Made by a program: the position numbers and the translations under genes. 32,000 nt of DNA, taken from Candidatus Pacearchaeota archaeon. Its GTDB lineage: Archaea > Nanobdellota > Nanobdellia > Pacearchaeales > UBA284. Numbering within the stretch: the first letter of the stretch is position 1; every line of letters begins with the position of its first letter. The notes beneath the pieces are model-generated. The model made no database searches. It was not told the origin of the DNA and worked only from the letters and a program-made list of their open reading frames with translations. Location of the stretch: assembly GCA_026016245.1 (NCBI GenBank), contig CP061211.1, positions 570,001 to 602,000 of the forward strand, written 5' to 3'. Below, piece by piece: positions 1-8,877 of the stretch.

Positions 1-79
1 ATAGGAGAATAAGGATAACAGCAATTGCAACTATTATTTCAATTATTTGTTTAAGCAAAAGCAAACCTCTTTTGTTCAT
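1..79 (-). CDS. Partial small membrane/pilin-like protein (runs off left edge), N-term MNKRGLLLLKQIIEIIVAIAVILILL
   Basis: Manual reverse-strand translation from ATG (77-79). Charged NKRG head followed by one hydrophobic helix, like its neighbours. Not in supplied ORF track. Confidence 0.55.
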   Translation of the reverse strand, partial: MNKRGLLLLKQIIEIIVAIAVILILL

Positions 80-125
80 AAAAGAAACATACAAAGATAT
101 TATTTAAAATTTCTTGTTATTATTA

Positions 126-305
126 CTACTGAACTTGTGTTGCGTTCCAAAGACCGAGAGCATTTTTAAGTTTTGCCATCAAATCAGACATGAACTGCCT
201 CATTGCTCCAGAGAAAATGAGGACAATAACAACAAGAACAATAATAGCAAGAATTATAATCACAATAGTATTGATTGAGAGTCCTACAGCCTTCTTGTTG
301 CGCAT
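126..305 (-). CDS. Small (59 aa) class III signal peptide/pilin-like protein MRNKKAVGLSINTIVIIILAIIVLVVIVLIFSGAMRQFMSDLMAKLKNALGLWNATQVQ
   Basis: Manual translation. ATG at 305, TAG at 126-128. N-term is near-identical in pattern to the downstream-numbered ORF 311-685 (NKKAVxLxxNTIxIxILAIxVLVxxxL). Shorter than the ORF track cutoff. Confidence 0.7.
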   Translation of the reverse strand: MRNKKAVGLSINTIVIIILAIIVLVVIVLIFSGAMRQFMSDLMAKLKNALGLWNATQVQ

Positions 306-310
306 TTTGC

Positions 311-685
311 TTACTTGCTTCTTATAGTTTCACACATGTCTGAAGTAAATCCTGCCCCTAGACATTCTTCCTCATCCAATGCTTTGATAAGATTGTTATC
401 ACAGTAGACTGGTAGGGTTCCTATAACTTCTCCATCTGACATTTCTCTTATTGTAAATTCATGTGTGCAAAAACTGGTTTTGTCTCCAGCGCTGCAATAT
501 AGAGTGCATGCATTCCTAGTCTGTTCTATGTCTGTTTGTGAATAGGCCCCAGGGATTGGTATGATCTTTTGCCAAAGTTGTTGTATTCCTCCAGTAAAGT
601 AAAGTGCAAGAATAACTAGAACAAGAATTGCAAGAATTACTATAATTATTGTATTAACGTTTAACTCAACAGCTTTCTTATTCAT
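311..685 (-). CDS. Class III signal peptide/pilin-like secreted protein with Cys-containing ectodomain
   Basis: ORF with N-term MNKKAVELNVNTIIIVILAILVLVILALYFTGG and 7 Cys in the ectodomain. Confidence 0.7.
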   Translation of the reverse strand: MNKKAVELNVNTIIIVILAILVLVILALYFTGGIQQLWQKIIPIPGAYSQTDIEQTRNACTLYCSAGDKTSFCTHEFTIREMSDGEVIGTLPVYCDNNLIKALDEEECLGAGFTSDMCETIRSK

Positions 686-740
686 TTTTTACCTCTTTTT
701 ATTTTTTTATTAAGTATGACTTGTTTTTAAAATTTTCTTT

Positions 741-1331
741 TTATTCAGCACATCTCTCAAGCTGAATTATGGGTGGTTTTTCATAGCTTATCACAAAATA
801 AAGCCCATCTTGTTTTTTGTAAAAGAAAGGACTTATAACATTAATTTCTTCACTCCACCATAAAGCACCTTTTTTTGACCCCTCTTGTTTAAACAATGGT
901 GGCTCTTTACTGAAGTCAACAACTTTTTTTATTCTGTAAGGAACTTCTTGTTTTGTTTCGTAAAATATTGCAGAAATCTTCAGATCACTTAGAGTAGTGC
1001 TTTTATAATCCTTATTTCCGTGAGTTAGTGTGATTTCTACAGCGCGCCCAGGTAATTCAGTAAAAACAAGGTTTGAATTCTGAACAAAACTTGCTGGAAA
1101 ATTAGGCAGGCCGTCACATACGCAATCATTATTCTGCAAAGAAAGACATTTGTCTATATTGCTGATAAGGACATCAAAATTATCTTCATTCTGCTGTTGC
1201 TGTTCTATGTTAAGCTTCCCCCCTCTTATTGCCGCATAGAGAGGATTGAAAAAACCAAGAAGTATAAGCACGACAACAGCTATTACTATTACAGCGATTG
1301 AAGCTCTAATAATCTCCCATATTCCCATCAT
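741..1331 (-). CDS. Single-TM exported protein of unknown function in pilin-like cluster
   Basis: ORF 196 aa, N-terminal hydrophobic helix SIAVIVIAVVVLILLGFF, then soluble domain with several Cys. Confidence 0.65.
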   Translation of the reverse strand: MMGIWEIIRASIAVIVIAVVVLILLGFFNPLYAAIRGGKLNIEQQQQNEDNFDVLISNIDKCLSLQNNDCVCDGLPNFPASFVQNSNLVFTELPGRAVEITLTHGNKDYKSTTLSDLKISAIFYETKQEVPYRIKKVVDFSKEPPLFKQEGSKKGALWWSEEINVISPFFYKKQDGLYFVISYEKPPIIQLERCAE

Positions 1332-1339
1332 TTTTATTT

Positions 1340-1495
1340 CTACCTACCAAATCTCAAAAAAGCTTTGAGTTCTTCTAAAATATTTACCCCTCGTTTTTGT
1401 AAAACAAATATAAAGATTATGACAAGAGCAAGAACAACTAGTCCAATAACCCACCAGTTTATCTCGCTCCAGACCAAACCTCTTTTGTTTTTCAT
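1340..1495 (-). CDS. Small (51 aa) one-TM protein MKNKRGLVWSEINWWVIGLVVLALVIIFIFVLQKRGVNILEELKAFLRFGR
   Basis: Manual translation. ATG at 1495, TAG at 1340-1342. Same NKRG head plus single helix architecture, 8 nt from next gene in the run. Confidence 0.65.
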   Translation of the reverse strand: MKNKRGLVWSEINWWVIGLVVLALVIIFIFVLQKRGVNILEELKAFLRFGR

Positions 1496-1541
1496 CTAAA
1501 CAAAAAGTTTTTTAACTTTAAAAATTTAATCTGAGTGAGGC

Positions 1542-2306
1542 TTGGGAAAGATGAACAGGTTATTGGCTATTTTTTTATCTTTATCTACTGCTATTTCTCC
1601 AATTGCTCTAGCACAAGAATATCAGGGAATGAAGCTGGAACAAAGAATAAAGGATTTTAATGAGGTCATCAGAAGAAGGAATTTCTCAAATTATGATGTG
1701 CCTATAATTCATCTTCAAGTAGTTGATAAGGATTCTAAATGGCCTTTGGAAGATGCAAGAGTTGAATTAAAACATGAGGATAAGAGGATAACAGATGGTT
1801 ATCCTGTCCCTGGAGATTATATGTATTATAATCCTTATAGATCCAAAACTGATGAAGAAGGAAATGTTATTTTTAGCGTGACTCCATGTCATGAAGAGGA
1901 AATAACAAGATTAGAAGTAAAGTGCCAAGGTTATTATCCAATTGATGTAGATTTTCCCTTGCTTAATCTTTTAGCACATATTAATAACACTTTAAGTAAC
2001 CCACTTCCAGACTCAATTGAGCAGAAGCTGGAATTTGAGTATGATTGGAATAATGCTACTGTTTTCCGTGTGTTTTATGAAAACGCAAATGAATTTATAG
2101 AGAAGGTTTTGGGTGATGATATAGCAAGATATGATAGAGAGGCTAATAATATTTTTGGAAATAATTTTTATTCTTGGTATGTAAATAGTCTTTTAGGAAA
2201 AAAACTTCCAACACCCCTAATGCCTCCAATAAAAGAGTTTCATATTCTTATTCCTGGCATAGTTGAAATGGAAAAAGTGCCAGAAAAGATAAAGATAGAG
2301 TATTAG
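1542..2306 (+). CDS. Secreted protein, Sec-type signal peptide, possible carboxypeptidase-regulatory/Ig-like domain
   Basis: ORF 254 aa, N-term MNRLLAIFLSLSTAISPIALAQ, then IIHLQVVDKDSKWPLEDARVELK...TDEEGNVIFSV resembling a CarboxypepD_reg-like fold. Confidence 0.65.
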   Translation: MGKMNRLLAIFLSLSTAISPIALAQEYQGMKLEQRIKDFNEVIRRRNFSNYDVPIIHLQVVDKDSKWPLEDARVELKHEDKRITDGYPVPGDYMYYNPYRSKTDEEGNVIFSVTPCHEEEITRLEVKCQGYYPIDVDFPLLNLLAHINNTLSNPLPDSIEQKLEFEYDWNNATVFRVFYENANEFIEKVLGDDIARYDREANNIFGNNFYSWYVNSLLGKKLPTPLMPPIKEFHILIPGIVEMEKVPEKIKIEY

Positions 2307-2315
2307 AAAGATAAA

Positions 2316-4490
2316 TCAGACCATGATTCCACCTACTGCTATTGTTGCGAGAGCAGCCAGAGCAATTATTGCAATGAATGCTGCTATTGTATAAAGTGTC
2401 ATTCCTGTCAACAACATTTTTGCTTTTTCTGCTTTCTCTCCTAATCTATCTTCCCCTGATTCAATTGTAACAAGAGTTCCTGTTAAGATGAAAATTATCT
2501 CAATTATGTAAATACCAACAATGATTTGAAGCCAGTATGGTGGAATCATTTTAACAACATTAAACATAGTTGTTATTGTTCCTACTGTTCCAAAACCAGC
2601 AAGAGTTTGTTCTCCGCTTAGTGCGCCCATCTGTAACATAGATTCAAGCCTTCCTAATATCATTGTAATCATTGCTGCTAATCCTACAACTATTGCAGCT
2701 AAAAGTGGAGCAAGAAAAGTCATATTACTTTTCATTCCAGTTGTAACATCAGCTAATAAATCTTTTAATCTTTCATTTACTTTGTGAATATTCTTGACAT
2801 ACTCACTTATAGCCATTAGTGCTCTGGCTGCAACACCAAGCCCTTTTTTCAAGCTCTCTATGAGAATTCTCATACTTGTTTTTATCAGCTCAGATGGATA
2901 GTAATTGATAGCTCCTCTGCCTTTTCCAAACACAGCACGTTCAACAGACATTCCTGCTTGTCGTATATTCATGTTGACCATTGAGAAAAAGCCAGCTGTT
3001 GGTGTTCCTTTAAGGGAACTAGCAACTCTACCAAAAGCCATTTCAGCAGGAATTCCATCAGCAAGTCTATTGCCTAATTGAAAGACACTTGAAGCAAACT
3101 CTTTTTCAAGTTTTTTTGTTTCTTTTCTAGTTCCAATCAATTTTCGTGTTTTTAGTTTGTATGCCATTATAAAGAAAATGGCTATAGCTAGCGGGATAAA
3201 TAAACTTAGAAGCAGAGCAAAAGGACCAAAAGGACCAACAGTTGTATTAGTTTCTGGATCAACTTTAAAGTCAAATATATTTTGATTTCCTAAAAAACCC
3301 ATTCCTAATTGATCAAAAGTATAATCAGCTGGAATATTTAGAACATCAGCTAATCCATATTGCATTAACAAAGGCAAAAGTCCTATTAAGAGGAAGGGTA
3401 AAGCAATAAGAGCAGCGGTTGCATATGGCTTGTTTGATTTATAAAAGTGATAATTGGGGTTTTTCTCAAGTAGTTCTGTTTCACCAAAACCACCAGGCCT
3501 TTTGGATAAAACACTGTTGGTCATGTAAAAGACAACAAATGGAACAAGAATATTGTAAAGCAGGGCAACATGATACCATTGTATGGCTCCTTGTAATAAT
3601 GTTGAAGCTAAAGGCAATAAAGCAAGACCAAGAGTTGGTAAGACAATGCCTAACATATAGACATTTGTTAGAGGGCTTTTAACATCATGAGTGTAATGCA
3701 ACATTTTTTCATAAACACCATCAAGAATAACTTCGAGAGCTTTTTCCAAGGTTTTTAATCTTCTTGCTTCTACTGGCTCATAAAGAGAAGATTCTATGAG
3801 ATGGAAGGATTCTATAAATTCAAGATTATGCTCTCGCCAAGTCTCGAAATATGCATCCAAGGCATCTTTTATAGTGCTGTATTTTCCTGTCTCGACATTC
3901 CAGAAAATCTTTTTTAGGTCAAGAGAAAGAGGCGGCTGTAAGTGTCGGGATGCAAAATGGATTGCTCTTTCCAGGTTTGAGGAGTGTTTCATATAAACCA
4001 CAATATAGAGAATGCATGGGACCATTTGGGAAGAGGCTTTTAGACACCATTTTTGTTCTAATCTACCAGGCAAGCCATTCAAGTAGTAGAAAAGGAAAAA
4101 TGATATAAATAAGAGCAGGAGAAAAATTAAGAAAGGAAAAGTGTCTGTGAGTAAAAATACTGCTAATGAGATTAAGGTGGCAAGAATTATTATAATTATT
4201 AGTGAAAATACTGCCAAGCCAGCAGCCTCGCCTGGTTCAATGTCAAGATGTGCTCTTTCTATTGCCTTTCTTGTTTTCTCCTCGTCTTTTTTTGAAAGTT
4301 TTAACTTGATGATTCGGCCTATATTTTTGCAGGCACGCTCATAAGTGTTAAGAGGTGCGAGAGTTTCTCTTCTGAATTTTTTATATTCGTGAGAATAATC
4401 TGTAGGAGCTTCAGCAACCTCTGTCCTAAGTTCTCTTTCTATCTTAGCCTCAAACTCTTTTAGAAACTCCCTACCCTCTTTTCTTACCAT
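2316..4490 (-). CDS. Type II/IV secretion-pilus platform protein, FlaJ/TadC-like, with two T2SSF-type domains
   Basis: ORF 724 aa. Two regions resembling T2SSF helices (QMVPCILYIVVYMKHSSNLERAIHFAS... and ASSVFQLGNRLADGIPAEMAFGRVA...), each followed by hydrophobic helices. Confidence 0.75.
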   Translation of the reverse strand: MVRKEGREFLKEFEAKIERELRTEVAEAPTDYSHEYKKFRRETLAPLNTYERACKNIGRIIKLKLSKKDEEKTRKAIERAHLDIEPGEAAGLAVFSLIIIIILATLISLAVFLLTDTFPFLIFLLLLFISFFLFYYLNGLPGRLEQKWCLKASSQMVPCILYIVVYMKHSSNLERAIHFASRHLQPPLSLDLKKIFWNVETGKYSTIKDALDAYFETWREHNLEFIESFHLIESSLYEPVEARRLKTLEKALEVILDGVYEKMLHYTHDVKSPLTNVYMLGIVLPTLGLALLPLASTLLQGAIQWYHVALLYNILVPFVVFYMTNSVLSKRPGGFGETELLEKNPNYHFYKSNKPYATAALIALPFLLIGLLPLLMQYGLADVLNIPADYTFDQLGMGFLGNQNIFDFKVDPETNTTVGPFGPFALLLSLFIPLAIAIFFIMAYKLKTRKLIGTRKETKKLEKEFASSVFQLGNRLADGIPAEMAFGRVASSLKGTPTAGFFSMVNMNIRQAGMSVERAVFGKGRGAINYYPSELIKTSMRILIESLKKGLGVAARALMAISEYVKNIHKVNERLKDLLADVTTGMKSNMTFLAPLLAAIVVGLAAMITMILGRLESMLQMGALSGEQTLAGFGTVGTITTMFNVVKMIPPYWLQIIVGIYIIEIIFILTGTLVTIESGEDRLGEKAEKAKMLLTGMTLYTIAAFIAIIALAALATIAVGGIMV

Positions 4491-4627
4491 TATTCTTTTT
4501 ACCTCTTTTTTCTTTCAACAACAAACAAGGAAAAAGATTATAAAAAGATTTCCAAAATATACAAAAAATATTTAAAGTAGAATAATTTTTAACAATTAAC
4601 TAAATAGTAAAAAATAAATTACAAAAG

Positions 4628-4921
4628 ATGGTATTGAAAATTCTAAGGGTAAGCGATGTGGTTGGGATGAAGATTTTTACTGATTCTGGAGACTATCTAG
4701 GTATGGTAGAAGAAGCAAATGTTGTAGGTAATAAAGTAGATAGTTGGAGAGTAAAAATAGCTCGTGACAGTAATTTATCTGCACTTCTTTCTGGTGCTCG
4801 TGGTTTGATAATCCCTCACCAATATGTTAAAGCAATAAGTGAAGTTTTGATAATAAGTAGAAGTGCTATTCCAGTAAGAGAAGAGATGAAAGAAGCTGGA
4901 GAGGCAACTTTATTAGAATAA
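4628..4921 (+). CDS. PRC-barrel domain protein
   Basis: 97 aa; LRVSDVVGMKIFTDSGDYLGMVEEANVVGNKVDSWRVKI pattern and IIPHQYVKAISEVLII. Confidence 0.75.
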   Translation: MVLKILRVSDVVGMKIFTDSGDYLGMVEEANVVGNKVDSWRVKIARDSNLSALLSGARGLIIPHQYVKAISEVLIISRSAIPVREEMKEAGEATLLE

Positions 4922-4944
4922 ACCTAAGAACCTAAATTTTTAAG

Positions 4945-5436
4945 ATGGTTGCAGAAACTATTGGTATATTTGCACATCCTTTTTTCACTAATATTATTCT
5001 ACCCTTTCTTCTTGTTTTTGTAGTTATTTATGCTATTTTAGAGAAGACTACTGTATTGGGCAAGGATAAGAGATATGCTAATCTTATTGTTGCTTTTGTT
5101 ATAGGTTTTATGTTTATTGGTGCTCAGGCTTTGGTTGGCTTTACTATCAAACTCCTTCCATTAATTGCAGTCATGATAATAATCTTACTAGGTTATTTTT
5201 TGGTTTTTGGCTTTATTGGAATAGAAAAAAGTAAAGGTATGCAAATTGCTCTAGGAATATTATTTGGTATAGCTATCTTGGCAGCAGTATTCTGGGCAGC
5301 TGGAGTATTTGAGATGATAACACCATCTACATGGAGTCCTGATACAATAGCTATAATTGTTTTCCTTGTCATTTTTGGAGGAGCCATAGCCTTAGTGCTT
5401 GCAACTGCTCCAAAACCAAAACCAAAATCAACATAA
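4945..5436 (+). CDS. Small polytopic membrane protein, copy 1 of a tandem triplet
   Basis: 163 aa, about 4 TM. Motif LPFLLVFVVIYAILEKTTVLGKDKRYANLIVAFVIGFMFI shared with the next two ORFs. Confidence 0.75.
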   Translation: MVAETIGIFAHPFFTNIILPFLLVFVVIYAILEKTTVLGKDKRYANLIVAFVIGFMFIGAQALVGFTIKLLPLIAVMIIILLGYFLVFGFIGIEKSKGMQIALGILFGIAILAAVFWAAGVFEMITPSTWSPDTIAIIVFLVIFGGAIALVLATAPKPKPKST

Positions 5437-5507
5437 ATATCAACGTAATTAAAAAGAAAAGTATATAAAACATAATCTTTTTAATAAAATAGACAAAAGA
5501 GGATAAA

Positions 5508-6041
5508 ATGGTTGATGGATACGGTGGATGGTATGCGTGGACAGATCTTTATGGGATTATCCAGCAGTGGGAAGCATTTGGTGTATTCACTATATTATTT
5601 CCTTTAGTTTTAGTATTTGCAGTTGTTTTTGCAATACTAGAAAAAGTAGATCTGTTCAAAAATAGAGGGGTTCATTTGCTTATAGCCCTGATTATAGGTT
5701 TCTTCACTGTGAGCAATCCTTATGTTGGTGGTTTTTTTATGTATTTCTTCTCAAATCTTGGAATAGGTGTGGCAATAATGCTTGCCTTAATTGTTTTGTT
5801 GGGAATAGCTTTAAAACCTGGAGAACAAGCATGGAAAGTTATTTTTGGAATTGTTGGAGGAGCAGTATTTTTAGTTATTCTAGCTAGGAGCGGAACATTC
5901 AAATGGATTTTTGGAGAGAATTTCTGGTACTGGATTCAGGCAAATAGTGCTTTGGTGGTTGTGGCTATAGTTGTCATTTTAATGATAGTTGCTGTAATGA
6001 CTGGAGTTAAAAAAGCACAAGTTAAAGGAAAAATAATCTAA
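5508..6041 (+). CDS. Small polytopic membrane protein, copy 2 of a tandem triplet
   Basis: 177 aa; motif FPLVLVFAVVFAILEKVDLFKNRGVHLLIALIIGFFTV. Confidence 0.75.
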   Translation: MVDGYGGWYAWTDLYGIIQQWEAFGVFTILFPLVLVFAVVFAILEKVDLFKNRGVHLLIALIIGFFTVSNPYVGGFFMYFFSNLGIGVAIMLALIVLLGIALKPGEQAWKVIFGIVGGAVFLVILARSGTFKWIFGENFWYWIQANSALVVVAIVVILMIVAVMTGVKKAQVKGKII

Positions 6042-6062
6042 AGTAAAAGAGTAAAAAGTAAA

Positions 6063-6542
6063 ATGGTTGTGTTAGATTTAAGCGGAATGTCAACTTTCAT
6101 CCCTGTATTTGGTTTTCTTCTTGTTTTTGTAGTTGTTTATGCATTATTAGGAAAGACAAAAGTTTTAGGAGACAATAGGTTTGTCCATATTCTTACTTCT
6201 TTTGCAATTGCTATAATCTTTCTTGTTTCAGCAAATGCAGTAGAATATGTTAGAGTTGTAACCCCTTGGTTTGCTGCCTTTGTTGTTTCTCTATTATTTA
6301 TTGTTCTTGTCGTAAGTCTAATTAAAGGCGATATAGATAAGTTCTTTAAACCTGGTTTTGGATGGTTAATTGTCATAATTCTTATAGCAGTGTTTGTATT
6401 CTCAGCAGTCTATGTTTTTGCTGATATCATAAATAAGTACATGGCTGGTCCAAAAGCTTTCTTGCTTCAGCCTACTGTGATTGGAATTATCGTGCTTATA
6501 GGAATCACAATACTTGCTTCTTGGCTTTTAACAAGAAAATAA
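6063..6542 (+). CDS. Small polytopic membrane protein, copy 3 of a tandem triplet
   Basis: 159 aa; motif FGFLLVFVVVYALLGKTKVLGDNRFVHILTSFAIAIIFL. Confidence 0.75.
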   Translation: MVVLDLSGMSTFIPVFGFLLVFVVVYALLGKTKVLGDNRFVHILTSFAIAIIFLVSANAVEYVRVVTPWFAAFVVSLLFIVLVVSLIKGDIDKFFKPGFGWLIVIILIAVFVFSAVYVFADIINKYMAGPKAFLLQPTVIGIIVLIGITILASWLLTRK

Positions 6543-6561
6543 TTAAAATAAGAAGTTAAAA

Positions 6562-7929
6562 TTAAAACATCTTTCTGCCGAATTTCTTTGCCAGCTTTTG
6601 TAATGTCTTCTTATCAATCTGTCCTGTACCAAGGCCTTTCATTGCCTTGCTACTAGAAATAAATTCCTTCACAATTTTGTATTGCTTAATCATCTCTCTA
6701 ATATCAGAAGTAGAAACACTGCTTCCTTTAGATATTCTTGCGATCCTGTTTGAATTTAATTTTTCAGGATTTTCCCTTTCTTCTTGTGTCATACTATCGA
6801 TTGCAAATCTCCACTTCTTGAGCTTAGCTTCTTGAACATCAAACAAGTCAGGAACTTTTGCTTTAACTCCTCCAAGTCCAGGAATCATATCTGCTATCTT
6901 TCCAAGCGGACCCATTGACTGCATTGCTTTGATTTGGTCATACAAATCAGTCAAAGTGAATTTTCCTTCCTCAATCCTTGTTTTAATTTTTTCCTTCTCT
7001 TTGTCTTCAACAGCAAGCTTTGCCTTTTCTAGTAAAGCTTTCAAATCACCCATTCCAAGTAATCTGGAAACAAAAGAACTTGGATCAAAAATCTCTATAT
7101 CTTGTAGTTTTTCTCCTGTTCCTATAAATACAACCTTGGCGTTAGTTTCAGAACAACTTGCTAATGCCCCACCACCTTTTGCTGTTCCATCCATTCTTGT
7201 TACAATAACACTATCAATTTTTCCAGCTTTATTGAATCCTTGAGCTTGGATTGAAGCAGATTTGCCAATATCAGCAGGCATAACAAGAAAAACCAAATCA
7301 GGTTTAATTTCTCTATATAAAGCTTTTAATTCATTAATAAGAGCACTACTTAAAACATCTCTTCCTGCTGTGTCAATAATAACAAGATTATATTTGCTTA
7401 GCTTTTTTTCAAATTTTTTCCAGATCCTTCCAGATTGTTTGTCTTCCTTGTCAACAAAAGAAGGCAGCTTTGCTTTTAGAGCAAGCTGTTCAAGCTGTTC
7501 AGGAGCTGCAGGACGATGCACATCCAAACCTACTAAAGCTGTTTTAAATCCCCTCTTGCTATAATAAAAACCTAGCTTGGCTGCAGTAGTTGTTTTACCA
7601 CAGCCATATAAACCTAATAACATGATTTTGAATGGCTTTTTCTTCTTATCCAACTTCACTTCATATTCTTCCTTACCAAGAATTTCAATAAGTTCATCAT
7701 GAATCAATTTAATTAGCTGTTCTTTCTTCTCAAGACCAGCAACCTTTTCACTAGCTTTTTTCCTTATCTTTTCAATCAAGGAGAAAACAATTTTTGTATC
7801 AACATCTGCCTCAAGCAAGCTATATCTCAAATCCTTAATAATTTCTTCAGTAATCTTCTTGTCTACAAAAACAGCTCCAGCTAATTTGGACATTGTTTTT
7901 TTCAGCACATTACCAAGTTTGTCTAGCAT
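6562..7929 (-). CDS. srp54: Signal recognition particle 54 kDa protein (SRP GTPase)
   Basis: 455 aa; NG-domain GCGKTTTAAKLG, DTAGRD, TRMDGTAKGGGAL, and M domain MIPGLGG...RIARISKGSSVS. Confidence 0.95.
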   Translation of the reverse strand: MLDKLGNVLKKTMSKLAGAVFVDKKITEEIIKDLRYSLLEADVDTKIVFSLIEKIRKKASEKVAGLEKKEQLIKLIHDELIEILGKEEYEVKLDKKKKPFKIMLLGLYGCGKTTTAAKLGFYYSKRGFKTALVGLDVHRPAAPEQLEQLALKAKLPSFVDKEDKQSGRIWKKFEKKLSKYNLVIIDTAGRDVLSSALINELKALYREIKPDLVFLVMPADIGKSASIQAQGFNKAGKIDSVIVTRMDGTAKGGGALASCSETNAKVVFIGTGEKLQDIEIFDPSSFVSRLLGMGDLKALLEKAKLAVEDKEKEKIKTRIEEGKFTLTDLYDQIKAMQSMGPLGKIADMIPGLGGVKAKVPDLFDVQEAKLKKWRFAIDSMTQEERENPEKLNSNRIARISKGSSVSTSDIREMIKQYKIVKEFISSSKAMKGLGTGQIDKKTLQKLAKKFGRKMF

Positions 7930-7999
7930 GCAAGAAAAAAGCTAGGAATATTTATAAAGTTTTATAAATATTGAAATTCTAAATAAGAGTATAGAAAAA

Positions 8000-8869
8000 A
8001 TGAGGAAAATTTATTTGTTAATTTGTTTTATAATTCTATTATCCCTTTTTATAAGCGTTCAAGCAAATGAGAAATACACTTATCTTGATGTAACTTTACT
8101 AAACCAAGATCCATATCCAGCACAACCAGATAATTATGTTGACCTTATTTTTAAGATAGAGAATGAAGGAGGAAGTGAGGCAGAGGATGTCCTTGTGGAA
8201 CTGCTTCCAGAGTATCCTTTTTCTCTTGACCCTGGTGTTAGTGCCATAAAGAGAATTGGTTTGATAAGAGGTTCACAGTATGGTGCGGAAGCTGTTTTTG
8301 TTAAATATAGAGTTAGAGTGGATAAGGATGCTATTGATGGAGAAAATGGGATAAAATTAAGATATATTTATAACACAGAAGGGATATGGGACAAGTTCTT
8401 TGAAAAAGAATTTGATATTATGATAGATGATCCTAAAACAGATTTTGATATTGCTATTCAAGATTATTCTTCTGAAACAAATAGCTTGACAATTGCCATC
8501 TCAAACATAGGAGAGCAAGATGCAAATTCTGTTACAATAATACTTCCAGAACAAAGCTCAATAGATATTATAGGTTCAGATAGAGAGATTGTCGGAGGCA
8601 TAGATGCTGATGATTACACTGTATCTTCCTTTAGAGTTATTCCTAGGGAAGATGCTGCTCTGATTGTAAGAATTGCTTATACAGATTCTATAGGTGTAAG
8701 AAGAGAAGTTGAAAAAGCTGTGATATTCCATGCTTCAAAATATGAAAAAGAAGCTGATAAAGGAGCAGTTACAGATTATAGAGCTCTGATTTATATTGCT
8801 ATCGGAGTGATAGGGATAATTATTATTTTTGTATTACTCAGAATTCTCAGAAAAAAAAGAAAAAAATAG
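8000..8869 (+). CDS. COG1361-like/CARDB-type surface protein with signal peptide and C-terminal TM anchor
   Basis: 289 aa; signal peptide, VDLIFKIENEGGSEAEDVLVEL and SLTIAISNIGEQDANSVTI repeats, C-term TM plus RKKRKK. Upstream of MacB/LolD-like genes. Confidence 0.75.
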   Translation: MRKIYLLICFIILLSLFISVQANEKYTYLDVTLLNQDPYPAQPDNYVDLIFKIENEGGSEAEDVLVELLPEYPFSLDPGVSAIKRIGLIRGSQYGAEAVFVKYRVRVDKDAIDGENGIKLRYIYNTEGIWDKFFEKEFDIMIDDPKTDFDIAIQDYSSETNSLTIAISNIGEQDANSVTIILPEQSSIDIIGSDREIVGGIDADDYTVSSFRVIPREDAALIVRIAYTDSIGVRREVEKAVIFHASKYEKEADKGAVTDYRALIYIAIGVIGIIIIFVLLRILRKKRKK

Positions 8870-8877
8870 GTTAAAAA

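Noticed and set aside
3419-4344. Plus-strand ORFs at 3419-3682, 3796-3996 and 4141-4344
   Set aside because: They lie antisense within the well-supported FlaJ/TadC-like gene and have no recognisable domains.
5193-6376. Minus-strand ORFs 5193-5387, 5720-5902 and 6137-6376
   Set aside because: They are antisense shadows of the hydrophobic triplet genes and contain no family signature.
6647-7564. Plus-strand ORFs inside the SRP54 region (6647-6835, 6929-7243, 7262-7564)
   Set aside because: They are antisense to the conserved SRP54 coding sequence; mirror-frame artefacts.
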